The notes under the pieces: generated by a model | What the model was told of the DNA's origin: nothing | Databases searched by the model: none | What the model saw: the letters and a program-made list of their open reading frames with translations, nothing else | NCBI RefSeq assembly: GCF_964355755.1 | Contig: NC_092678.1 | Location: forward strand, 17,217,881 to 17,281,880 | Reading direction: 5' to 3' | Source of the DNA: Antedon mediterranea | Lineage: Eukaryota; Animalia; Echinodermata | Length of the DNA stretch: 64,000 bases | Shown: piece after piece, positions 52,695 to 64,000 of the stretch | Layout: the number at the start of each line of letters is the position of its first letter | Numbering within the stretch: the stretch's first letter is position 1 | Translations under genes and position numbers: made by a program

Positions 52695-55600
52695 ATAATA
52701 ATAATAATAAATGAAAACTTAAAAAGCGCCGGTATCCTCCACCCATGTGGCGCTCATGGCACTTTGTGCATTAACAACGTGCGAGAACATCAGCGAATAG
52801 CGACGTCTTTAGGTTGGTCTTGAAACTGTTTAGACTAGTTGAGCATTTAACTGTTGCTGGTAAGCTGTTCCATACACTTGCGGCCGCAACGTAAAAAGAT
52901 CTCTGACCCCACTGAATTTTCGCTCTACGCTCTTGAAGAAGGTTTTGTGACAATGATCGTAGGCATCTGCGGGATGATTCGTAACGATCCACAAGGTCAG
53001 ATAAATAAGCAGGAGCACTGTCATTTAGGATCTTGAATACAAACAACGCAAGTTTGTACTTAATACGTTGTTGAACAGGCAACCAATGCAAATCCATCAG
53101 GACAGGAGTTATGTGAGCGTTTGATTTTGTATAAGTTACAATTCTAGCTGCCATATTTTGCAAGCGCTGCAAACGTTGTATTTGAGATTTTGGTATGCCA
53201 AACAACAAGGCATTACCAATGTCAATTTTAGAAGTGACAAATGAGTGTACAATCAATTCAGCTGTTTTCTTGTTAAGATTACCGCGAATACGACCAAGGT
53301 TCCTAATCGATATGCATGCTGCTTTGGATACAGTTGTTATTTGTGCTTCCATAGTGAGATTACTATCCAGCATGATTCCCAGATTCCAGACCACCGATGA
53401 GGGAGCGATGTTAGAGTGTCCGATTCTGATATGTGTGATGTTGATTTTGGAGATGTTACATTTAGACCCGACGATAATAAACTCTGTCTTTCCATCATTC
53501 AACTTTAGGTAATTTGATGTCATCCAATTGCGAACATCTTCTATAAACAGGCTTCCATCTTACTGATTGCTGCAGCAACATCCCTTTGCACTGGATTTAC
53601 TGACACATAAATCTGTGTATCATCTGCATAGAAATGGAAATGTAGACTGTGTTTGCGAATAATGTCACCAAGGGGAAGCGTATAAATGGAAAACTGGCCA
53701 GGCCCAATTACTGACCCCTGTGGTACACCATATTCCAGGCAAGCTTCATCTGAGAATGCATCATTGATACAGACTAGCTGACGTCTTCCTGTAAGATATG
53801 ACTGGAACCAGTTAAGAGCAACACCATTTATGCCAATGCGATTTCTCAGACGGGTTATCAGTCTTTGGTGATCAACTGTATCAAACGCTGCTGACAAATC
53901 CAACAACACCAATAGCGTTATTTTCCCATCATTCATTCCTTGTAACAAATCATTCTGTACCTTTAAAAGGGAACTCTCCGTGCTATGACATGCACGGTAT
54001 GCCGACTGGTAATTCTCATTTAAATTATGCTTTTGAAGATATGGAGTAATGCGTGATGTCACTACACGCTCCAGAGTCTTTCCAAGAAAAGAAAGATTCG
54101 ACACCGGGCGGTAATTTCTCAGCGTGTTATGATCCAAGTTTTGCTTTTTTATTAAAGGACGAACGTGAGCAATTTTCAGTTCATCTGGCACTATGCCGGT
54201 ATTAAGAGAATGGTTAATGATTTCCGTTATTATTGGAACGACTGCGTCTATACACTTCTTCAGTATAGAAGTAGGAACTGGATCTAACCTGCATGATTTT
54301 GTTGGTGATTTCATCAGAATGTTGCGGATCTCATCTTGAGATGCTGGTGTAAATGTTGTGAGATGCTGATGAACAGCTGTCACAGGCTCATTAAATGACA
54401 TGTCATCAATCTTGAAGTCGTCTCTGATGATCTTGATCTTGTCTGTGAAAAACTGACAGAACCTGTTCGCAAGATCTAAGTCAGAAAGACTATCTGAGAG
54501 AGGTGATACCTGGCGATGATGAAGGAGTTGGTTAACAATTTTAAAAAGTCCTTTCTGATCTGCTGCATGTTCTTCACACAAGCCAATGTAGTAGTTGGCC
54601 TTTGCCTTTCTTACCATGGAATTTACATTCCTCTTCTGTGCAATGTAAGCTTGACGATCTATTTCCAGATGAGAGATTCTCCATTTCTTTTCAAGCTTAC
54701 GCTTTGTTCTTTTCTCAGCATAGATGTTACTGTTATACCAACTAGTGTTTGGTCGGATCTTTACTGTTCTCTTTTTCGGTGGTGCGTGTTTGTCAAGAAG
54801 TTCACTCAAAGTGGTGACATATAGTCGTACTTTACTTGATAAATCAAGATTTGAGAGCGAAGTTCCGAGATCAGACTGTGTGATATCTTTACATAATGTC
54901 TCAAAATTTATAGCATTCCAATGACGAGTTTCGATGGATTTAGTGATTACGGGTGGCTTCTTGATAAGGAGATTACATGTGATTGCATAGTGATCTGATA
55001 TACCATCAATGACATTAAGGTTTGAGAAAACAGGAGGATCAGATGAACGAGTGATCAGCAAGTCTAATGTATGACCATGTCGGTGTGTAGGTGTAGACAC
55101 ATGCTGTTGAAGACTGCTTGCTACAAGTAGATTCCGAAAATGAATTGCATCTGCATCATTTGGCATATCCACATGGATGTTAAAGTCTCCAACGAATAGT
55201 ATGGGAGCCGGCTTCAATACATAGTGATCGACCAAAGTTGAGAATTCTTCAGTGAAAACATTTAGACTGCAACCCGTTGATTTGCTTTGAGAACGATATA
55301 CTGCTACGAGGAAAACTGAGGATGCATTGCTGACTATTTCCACATTTAGCAGTTCAAATGATTTTGGTAATAATCCCGTGTCATAACATTTAACCGCTAT
55401 GCTTTCCTTGTAAAGAAGTGCAACTCCACCACCTCTTTTAGTACCAGCACGGGGAGCATGTTTGAGAGAGTATCCGTTGGGTGTAATATTTCCTATAACT
55501 GATGTGTCTTCTGGTTTAAGCCACGTTTCCGAAAGGGCAACAACATCCAGATTATGTTCGATAACGAAATCCACAAATTCTGTTGTTTTGTTCCGAACGG

Positions 55601-56510
55601 ATCTTCTATTAATACTGCAAAATTTAATATTGTTTTTAGATAAGAGAGAGTTTGATGATAAGTCCGGAAATGATAGATTGTTTTTAGTGTGTTTGTCACG
55701 CCCAGCTCTTGTACCACGCCTGGTTTTTCTTTTTGGCCTCCTTGGTAATAGGTGACTACTACAGCTACTGGAGTTCAACTTAAAAGATTGTATAATTAAG
55801 CAAGATTCTTCAGGAAGTTCACAACTGTTATTGTTGTTGGTTACACAGCCCTGTAAACCATGAAGAAACTCAGAGCTATAGCTAATTAGCATGACAACAG
55901 CAGATCTTCAAGCATGAGGTGTACAAGGTCATTTACATAACAATATGCACAGTCAGATTGAAAGTACAGGGCTAGCTTCCCACTGATGCTAGTAGACCAT
56001 TGTTCTTGAGCAGTGATGAGTTTGAATTAAAACAATAAAGGCACAAGCAGGGCCTAGCTGAACTTCAGGAAACAACAAGAAAAACAACTGCGATTTACTC
56101 CAAGATACGATTATTTCCACATAAGAAATTTGTGAATATATGGTGCTCAATTTGCTATTCCAGCATCCAGTAAAACTTATTTGATGAAAAAAACCATCTG
56201 CAAACAGATACGAAGTTGTTATGCACAGAGCAATATAGAGCCGCCACATGGGCGCTGCAACCTCCTCTAGTAAAGCACATTGAAGGCCAGTAACGTCGCT
56301 AATAGTTCCACTGGAAATACGCCTTTTCACGATATGGAAGACATCTTCTTCGATGGATGACAAAATAATAATATGAGCAAAGCGTAGCCAATGGTTCTGT
56401 CCACAACAGATTGTGGACAAGCCCATAATAACGACCATATTAATGTCAAAGGCAAAGTTACTAAAACATTCATAACTGATTAACGGCGGACAGTCAAAAT
56501 GAAATTCCAA
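52695..56510 (-). mobile_element. CR1/L2-group LINE, near full-length ORF2 (APE endonuclease + reverse transcriptase) with one frameshift near 53541
   Basis: 783-aa and 250-aa ORFs in different frames: VVALSETWL, GGGVA, VGDFNIH, GHTLDL, SDHYAI, NYRPVSNL, LLDLSAAFDTVDH, GVPQGSVIGP, YADDTQIY, LKLNDGKTE; 3' gagcgc..gcgct stem and (TTA)n tail; 5' boundary approximate. Confidence 0.93.
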
Positions 56511-57807
56511 AAATGTTAGTCACCTTAAGCATACTATTTTGTCCCCTCCGAAGAAATGTATATTCAGTGGTTAGTTTGATTATTCTACATGTTGACTTAC
56601 ATAATAAAACCATCGAAACATGTTAATCTAAACTTTCACAAATGTGTGCTTATAATCATCTCGTTCGGTTTTATCAAAGAAATACTGTCAACATTCTAAC
56701 AAATCTCGCCCTTTCTCCAAGTATTATTCAATGTTAATTTAATTTAACAAAAAAAATTGATTAAACATGTAGATTATTTATTATTTAAAAAGGCAACCAG
56801 TGAACGTTACTGGTGAGAGAACCACTAAAACCGTGGCGTGTCTCGACATCCAGTCCATGGTGTTTAAAGTTAGAATACACTGCTCCAGGAAGACGCTACC
56901 TTAATCCACGTTAGGGCAAATGAGCACTGTCTGTAAGACTCTGTTATGCAGAAATGTATATCAAATGAAAACGAAAAGGAAAGTCTGGAGTTGTGACTAA
57001 CCATCTATTTCAGCCAAACAAAAAATGGAACATACTCTATCGACAAAATAGGGACCAAATCAGAACCCATCAAGATCATATGTATAACTCGACTGCTGAT
57101 AAATGACGAACGTAAGCTATTTACACGCTACCACTGTAAGGAGCTCGAAAGCAGAGATGAATAGATGAATGGATGATAAAATTAATAACTTGCACTACTA
57201 TATCCTAATTGATAATGAAATAAACATGAACTATATTAATGACATTACAATTGTTAACTGAACTGAAGTACATGATGAACAACCACTATTTAGTTTTATA
57301 ATGAACTTCTGTAATATGAACAAATTGAAACTACTTAATTTGTATTTTTACATTACTTTATTGTCAAAAACCAACGTAATAAAATATTAGAATATAGGCC
57401 TACAGCACCGGATATTTATGATAACGTGATCTAATGATTATTTGAATAGACACCACACCTAGGAAATTGAATACAACAATTCTGTAGTCAAAATTAAACT
57501 GGTTTCTTGTGATAGCGTCAACAAGCATTATTGACATGAGTAGTGTACTCCATATTATTGGTATGATGTACTGTAAGTCCCTCCGGATATATTTAAAGTT
57601 ACTGGACTTATTATTAATAGTTTTTCGTTAGTAAATTGACACTTTATACTGCCTTAGTAGGTTCCGATGAACCTTAGAATCAGGAAAAACTTCAAATATC
57701 ATATCTTATATTATGTCTAATTTCATAATTAACATGATTGCCTTGCAATGTAAATCAGCATTCTTTACATTTTTTGGATGCATACAATTATAAGAAGAAA
57801 TACTTAC

Positions 57808-57879
57808 AGTATTTGCAAAGATGTTAAACCACCAAATACATTTGCAGGCAATGATTGTAAGTGGTTTTCGTTTAAATAT
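57808..57879 (-). CDS. Intact single-LRR exon (YLNENHLQSLPANVFGGLTSLQIL)
   Basis: ttgttgaag|72 bp|gtaagt, phase 2-2, LRR consensus; frame not in the ORF track. Confidence 0.88.
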
Positions 57880-58745
57880 CTTCAACAACAAAAAGAAACA
57901 AAAGTTAGTAATTAAACATTCACGAGCTGTTTTGAAGGATGTCGTCTTTGTTTTTGGACACAAAAGTAAATTAAAATATGTTGGCCGTATAGAATAGGTG
58001 TCTGTGGAAATTACTATATGGCCGATAACGTTACGAACGTTTGGTTATTACACAAATGAAAATGTAAATAAAGTGCATGATCGAATAGTTTTAGGGTTCT
58101 AAGATGGAGAAATAGACATCAAACTCGTCTGCTGTCATTCGTCTGAAAGTCAATATAAACGGTCAGGCCGTTATTATAAATGAGAAAAAACGTAGTAAAA
58201 GTGTAGTATTATACTTAAACTTAATTTAAACTTTTCATAAAATGTCGATTGATGTTACGTATGAAGTGATATCCGGGAACATTGCGTCAAGTTTATCGAA
58301 CAATTTGGGTACGAACTTTCAAAAACCGCTTTATCATGCCATTAAGTAATTGTTCATATAAAGAATCGATTTTCCTATATCAATGTAAACGATTCCATGT
58401 GGTTCATGTTCTAAAAAAACTGCTATTGTTAGCCCTGAAAAAAAAGAACCTATTATACTTTTACGGACCATTTTCGCTGAACACGTCGAAGATGTTGGTA
58501 CTTAGCATTAGTTAGTTTTAAGTTGGACAAAAGCAGTTTATTAACTTTAAAAGGAGCATCCCAACCATTGCCTGGTCGGCGATCTTTTGACTAAACGTCC
58601 TAAATATATTTTTGAACAAACAAAGTTAAATCAAATCATCTGAACTCATATTATTAGTTAGTAAATTGAATTTTAGAAACATCTACACATATCATATATC
58701 TGTAAATCTGCAGCATATTTGAAGTATAAAATTATAAGAAAACAC

Positions 58746-58803
58746 AGTATTTGCAAAGATTTTTAACCACATTTGCAGGCAATGATTTTCGTCGTATAAA
58801 TAC
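58746..58803 (-). pseudogene. Decayed paralog of the 57808 LRR exon (58 bp, internal deletions)
   Basis: Retains YLYDEN, tcattgcctgcaaatgt and tctttgcaaatact; flanks homologous to 57700-58070. Confidence 0.75.
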
Positions 58804-60099
58804 CTTGTAAATGTTGTAAATAAACACAGGAGCTGTTTTGAAGGATGTCTTTGTTTTGGAAAAAATAGTTTCACTTGCGTATATGTCAATGATTAACATA
58901 GAGTGGTTGTAAAATAATAAGTGTCAGTGGAAAATAATAGATGCTGATGTTAACATGCTAATAAAAAAAAGAAGAGTAACATTACAAATGTAAGAGTTTA
59001 GCTTTATAATGTATTTGTAATAGGTAGTCTCTGTAGCAAGGGCAAATTCTCACCCGACTAAACATAGCTGAAATAATAGTTGATGTAGACCTAATCTGAC
59101 CTACATGAATTTTAGAATTGAGAATAACCAAACGAATTAAGAACAATTTTTACAGAAAATTGATGGTATAATGATGATTTATTTGCAGTTTAAGAAGTGA
59201 CAGTATTTTCCCTTCTCTTATCTTATCTTATCTAGGTCTACTGCAGAATGTGAACGGAAACATCCGTATACGTTTGACAAAAAGTATAAAAAATTACCTA
59301 TAAAAAGATTGACCAGTTTATAATAATCTCATAGCGCCGTTACACACTCACATAATTATTATTTGTTTGTACAATAATGTAAGCAAATAGACTGGAAGAT
59401 ACTAAAGCATTTTTTAAAAACTATAACACAATACTACTGTTGTAAGGTCTATAACCCACAAGGGCTTTGATGTTACTGTAATGATCAATAACTGTACCAT
59501 TAACATTGGTCAAATCAAGTAAACATGTTCCTACCAAGAATAACCTGTAATACAAAAATGTAAACATAATAATACAATTTTAATATAAATTTTATTGACA
59601 AAAAGAGAGATAGACGTTTCATTACTATCATAGAAACATTTTCAAGATCAAGTGAATCCAAATCAATAATAATTATTTGCACTAAGCACCAAAGTTGGTG
59701 ACATGAAATGCTACTGAGGGATTGAAATTAAATATTAAACGTCTTTTAATTCATAATAATACAACTTAAAACTATCATTTTAATTATTTTGCAAAAAAAC
59801 AAAAAAACACACATATTTTATGTTTTATCCGCTTTGATTAAGAATAAATTGAATAATGTGTTATTGTTCAGAGTCATACCACAAGGCTTCAATTAAAAAA
59901 ATATACTTTAACGTACTAATGTTATAGGATCTAGTATGTCAACAAATTACACCAGGTATGTATGCAATATTTTACTCCAGAAGATGTTAAAATACTCAAG
60001 AATAAACTAGCTAAGTAACTGATGGGGGTGACAGTGTCGTATTAAAACGTCGTCAAAAAGTCGAGAATAATATGACCGGTATCTTATCATTTCTTATTA

Positions 60100-62627
60100 A
60101 CAATAATGTTGAATTAAAGAATTCTGACATTTCCTGCTGTGAACTTATCTAAAATTGCAACTGTTGATATTGGGGCTGTAGATACTGCCTCGTTATATCG
60201 TGAGATAAACAAGATACCATTTGATTTGCAGCTTGTAAAAGGAGATGTTGAGCATGGTTTTACTGAAAGACAACACATCAAGATTAAGCTGAATGAGTGT
60301 TATTGAACAGTCAAAACTTCATTGAACTGCAATAATGCTAGCAACGCCAAGTATTTTCCTAATGCTGTTTAAGTGATGCTTCTCGTCAAGGTACGTATAA
60401 GCAAAAGCCACAAAAAAGCAGACACATGCCTTCCTTGGAATTATGTCCGTTGATACCACCGTGGATGGAAATCAATGCAAAAGTGAGTGCTTTGACTGTT
60501 AAAAGTGATGAATATGCTCCTTTATTGTTGAGCTGTGATGCTAAATATAAAGAGAATATATACTTGGTCCGTCACTCTGGCCTGCTAATGCCATCATTCG
60601 TAAATATTATGAGCCTAGAATTGGTTTGAAAGATAATCAATATGACTCCAGCTTTAACCATACTGGTTAGTCATGGCTGTTCATCAAACTTGTGATGTCC
60701 GAGTAGTTTCATATAACTGTAAGAAATTAAAGTCTAAACAGAAGAAGATTATTGACTTATGCGAGACGTATGATGTTATTTGTTTGCAAGAAACATGGCT
60801 ATGTTATGATGAGCTTCACCTCTTGGAAACGCTGTATATTGATTTTGACTGTTATGGCACGTCGTCTATTGATACCTCCGCATCTCTGGAAGTGTAGCTA
60901 CATTGTTTAGAAAGAGTTTATATAGTTCTGGTAGGCTGTGAGAATCGGGGTTCACGTCTGACACGTTTACCTTCTATAGCACATAACACAACCAGTCGGT
61001 TGGACCATTTAGTTTCCACTCAGAGTTCTCATTCTAGTTTAAGTAATTGTAATTGTAGTTTTGCGTCAGGTAGTTGAGTGATTAGATGTTTTGCCCTACT
61101 AAGTAAAATTGAGAATATTTGCGAAAACATTCGCAAGTAGTTCTCGGGTGAGACTCGAACCCACGACCTCCAGATCACTAGCCTGGCGTTCATACCTCTA
61201 GACCACCGAGCTTGCGCTGATGGCCAGTGGTTAGATTCGAGCTCAAGTAAGCAGCGGGTACTGCACCAACAGGATTGTAATTGTAGTTTTAGCTATTGTA
61301 ATTTTAGCTATATGATTTCATAGGGTCTGATCATTTCTCTATTGCATTTTGTATTAATGATGTTTTATGGGATAAGCCTATAACCCATGATTCAAGATAA
61401 CGACAGACATAACATTGCAACTATTGTTAACTGCAAGTCCGTTAGTAAACAGGATATTGATAAGTACACTTATACCACATGTATTACTTAATAGTCTTTT
61501 AATTAAGTCCTAAGCTTTCAATTGCCATAGTTTCTTTCTGGACGCACCAAAAGCGTTCGATCGAGTCAAATCTTATTTAAAGTTTTAGTTGAAAGAGGTG
61601 TGCCTATCTTTGTAGTTAGGAGCTTACGACACTGGTTTGATAATCAAGAATTTGTTGTTAAATGGGGACATTGTGTCCCTTCACTTTTTTTCTGTTATTA
61701 ACGGTGTGCGCCAAGGGGGTGTAATGTCTCCACTGCTTTACAATGTAGCCTATTATATTGACGATCTTTATGTACAACTTAGAGAGTCCAATCATGGGTG
61801 TACTATTGGTGATAACAAAGTTAATTGTCTCAGTTACGCTGATGACATGCTTCTCATGGCTTCTTTTTCTATTGGAGTACTGAATCTCATTAATGTTTTT
61901 GAACTTTATGCTACGAATCGAGATATTGTGTACGGTACTATACAATCCAAGTGTATGTTTTTATGTGCTCGTGTACGTAAGTTACAAGGTTGACCTAGTG
62001 TTAAGCTAAAACACACTGACCTTGAATTTGTTGACTGTATAACATACTTGGGTCATGTGATTTGTAACTCTCTGAATGATGATAATGATAATATTAAGAA
62101 ACAGTATCGAGCTCTGTGTATCAAAGCTAATGCATTATTCAGGACATTCTACAAATGTTCCGTTGAAGTTAAATGTCAGTTATTTAAAATGTTTTGCGTT
62201 AATGTAGGCCAATACTGTATGACTCTATGGAGTAAATTCCGTGAAGGTACTGTAAACTAATTTAGAGTTTTCTTTAATAACGGGTTGCGTAAGCTACTGA
62301 AAATTCTTAGTTATATCATGATGTTTTTTAACGAATAACGTTCCCTCATTCTATAATTTGATGGAACGCTATACATTATAGTTTTAAGAGCATAATTCAT
62401 GACAGTTGCAATAGCCTGATTCAAACCATAGTTAACGTCCTAGCACAATCCAACCTACTGTACAGTACATCAGCGTTGGTACAAATTGGTATTTTTTAGG
62501 ATATTGTAAGTTGATTTGTGGAAGTTGCTTATTTAATTTCCTGGTTAAATTGTTTCTATTTTTGTTTTTTGTATGAATTGTAATGGATGTACTATCCGAA
62601 ATAAAGAAAATGAATGAATGAATGAAT
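60100..62627 (+). mobile_element. Degraded L2/CR1-group LINE
   Basis: APE (VVSYNC..DVICLQETWL), RT (FLDAPKAFDRV, NGVRQGGVMSP, YADDM), C-terminal LGHVI..FYKCSVEVKCQLF, AATAAA and (GAAT)n tail; start approximate. Confidence 0.85.
61063..61273 (-). mobile_element. tRNA-derived SINE-like insertion within the LINE
   Basis: Minus strand has A-box-like agctcggtggtctaga and B-box ggttcgagtctc; flanked by a 17-bp direct repeat attgtaattgtagtttt. Confidence 0.65.
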
Positions 62628-62792
62628 AGTGTACCGTCATTTTAAAAGTGATATTATTGGCTTAATACAACGTCATGGTATTTAGAAACAGTTAAACCAA
62701 CCCTTAAATGCATAATTTCACAATTAACCAGATTTACTTACAATTGTAAAGCTTGTTGTTACAAGTAAGGAAAAATGAGAATAAACACTTAC

Positions 62793-62864
62793 AGTGTAAC
62801 CAATGACGTCAAACCAACAAATTCATTTCCAGATAATGTAGTAATGTCGTTATAGCTTAAATCC
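62793..62864 (-). CDS. Intact single-LRR exon (DLSYNDITTLSGNEFVGLTSLVTL), same as 50962-51033
   Basis: attttgaag|72 bp|gtaagt. Confidence 0.88.
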
Positions 62865-64000
62865 CTTCAAAATAAAAACATGAATACTTGGTAAAATAAC
62901 AGTTCACGAGTTGAGGTTTCCTTCTTCGGGGAAAAATTGTTACAGTTTGGTGTGTATTTCAGCGGACAAAATTGTGACCGTAAAATAATTTATCTGCATT
63001 GTACTGTTAGTGTGTATTACGTGTCAGTGAAAATTAAAGATGGTCGACAATGGTGCAAACATTAAAATATTAAAATTAAAATACAAAGTTTATCAATTGA
63101 GTACGTAGAACTAAAGATCCGAAGCCTAGTTGGTTGGAACTTGTTCCGCCAGAGATGGTTCCTGATCAAGTTAAAACTATCAAACACGTCACAGGAAGCG
63201 TGGACAAATGTGGAAAACGCGTCAAACGTCGAAGGAAAAAATTCAAACCTCCATCCATCTGTTATTTTTGGTAATGCGCACTCACTCAAAACAAGTGAAA
63301 TGGCTGCAAATGTATTCGAATACAGGGACAGTTGCCTTATGGCGATCACTGAAACTTGGCTAATTTAATCTTTTCGGATCATGGATCAAAAACTTGTTCT
63401 TGTTATCTGGAAATATTAACATTAAACAGTACCAACGGAAATTACGATAATAAAGTATCTATTTTATTAATTTCGAAATACAAAGAAAAAATAACAACAA
63501 AATATCTATATTGTGCCAACAGAGGCCAAAAAGACTTATGTCCAATTAGGCGTGTCACTCTGACAGTGAAACAATTACAAGGTATAATTGATATAATACT
63601 AATTTAATGTTACTTTATCTCGTATTATCATTATTTGCATGTTTTAGCTGTTTTTCATTAACTGTATTTGCATCATTATAACAATGTTTTATCTAGATTG
63701 ACTGTAATCATGTTGTACTTTCCATATCATATGATTTCTAGATGTAGATCAATATCTACGATACAATACAACCGTTAAATGACGATGATCCATGTATTCT
63801 GCTATATTTTTATTTTTCATTATGGCCGCCGATGGTGCTACAGTAACTGAATTAAAGAGTCTTGTTCGCAAACAATACCAAAATAGAAAAACTCAAAAAG
63901 AGTATAAGAAAGATTACGTTTGGACGTATCACACATGAAACAGACAAGTATTCCGTAGAAGTATTAATTCCTAAAATAAAATAATTGTTTTTATGAGGCA

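Larger units (their letters stand above)
1822..62864 (-). other. Array of single-LRR 72-bp exon cassettes of a large multi-exon LRR gene or gene cluster (partial; ends not identified in window)
   Basis: 13 cassettes read manually on the minus strand, each preceded by a pyrimidine-rich acceptor ending in AG and encoding all or part of a 24-aa typical LRR with a Leu codon split CT|N; most share paralogous intron flanks. Confidence 0.9.

Noticed and set aside
55989-56510. 173-aa ORF upstream of LINE ORF2 as a host gene or ORF1
   Set aside because: Non-ATG start and no recognisable domain; probably LINE 5' region
61145-61212. tRNA gene
   Set aside because: A/B-box-like motifs are present, but no convincing full cloverleaf was seen and it lies in a direct-repeat-flanked insert; treated as SINE-like
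1822-62864. Naming the LRR gene (VLR, TLR, Slit, LGR/GRL101)
   Set aside because: Only generic 24-aa LRR modules are visible and no diagnostic domain is in the window; true VLR cassettes are not splice-bounded exons

Overview
AT-rich, repeat-dense animal genomic DNA; the repeat content suggests a marine invertebrate, possibly an echinoderm (inference). No prokaryotic features, RNA genes or CRISPR arrays. The main signal, largely missed by the ORF track, is a minus-strand array of at least 13 single-LRR cassettes. Each is a 72-bp, phase 2-2 exon encoding one 24-aa leucine-rich repeat (L|xLxxNxITxlxxxxFxGLTSLxx|L) inside duplicated intron units. Six cassettes have intact AG/GT splice sites, seven are damaged (donor mutated or deleted, or frameshifted), and four further units have lost the exon entirely. 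Variation is concentrated in the xLxxNx residues of the LRR concave face, and some cassettes look like mosaics of neighbours. The array grew through a ~16.5-kb near-identical tandem duplication and other mosaic duplications. Transposons include a fold-back AcademX derivative (inside a Harbinger-like MITE, carrying a 55-bp hAT-like insert), a Kolobok-like element, nested Helentron/HINE-like elements, CR1/L2-group LINEs and a tRNA-derived SINE. Paralog comparison also shows recurrent TA>TAGGCCTA micro-insertions. No start, signal peptide, transmembrane or intracellular domain of the LRR gene was identified, so the gene family is unresolved.
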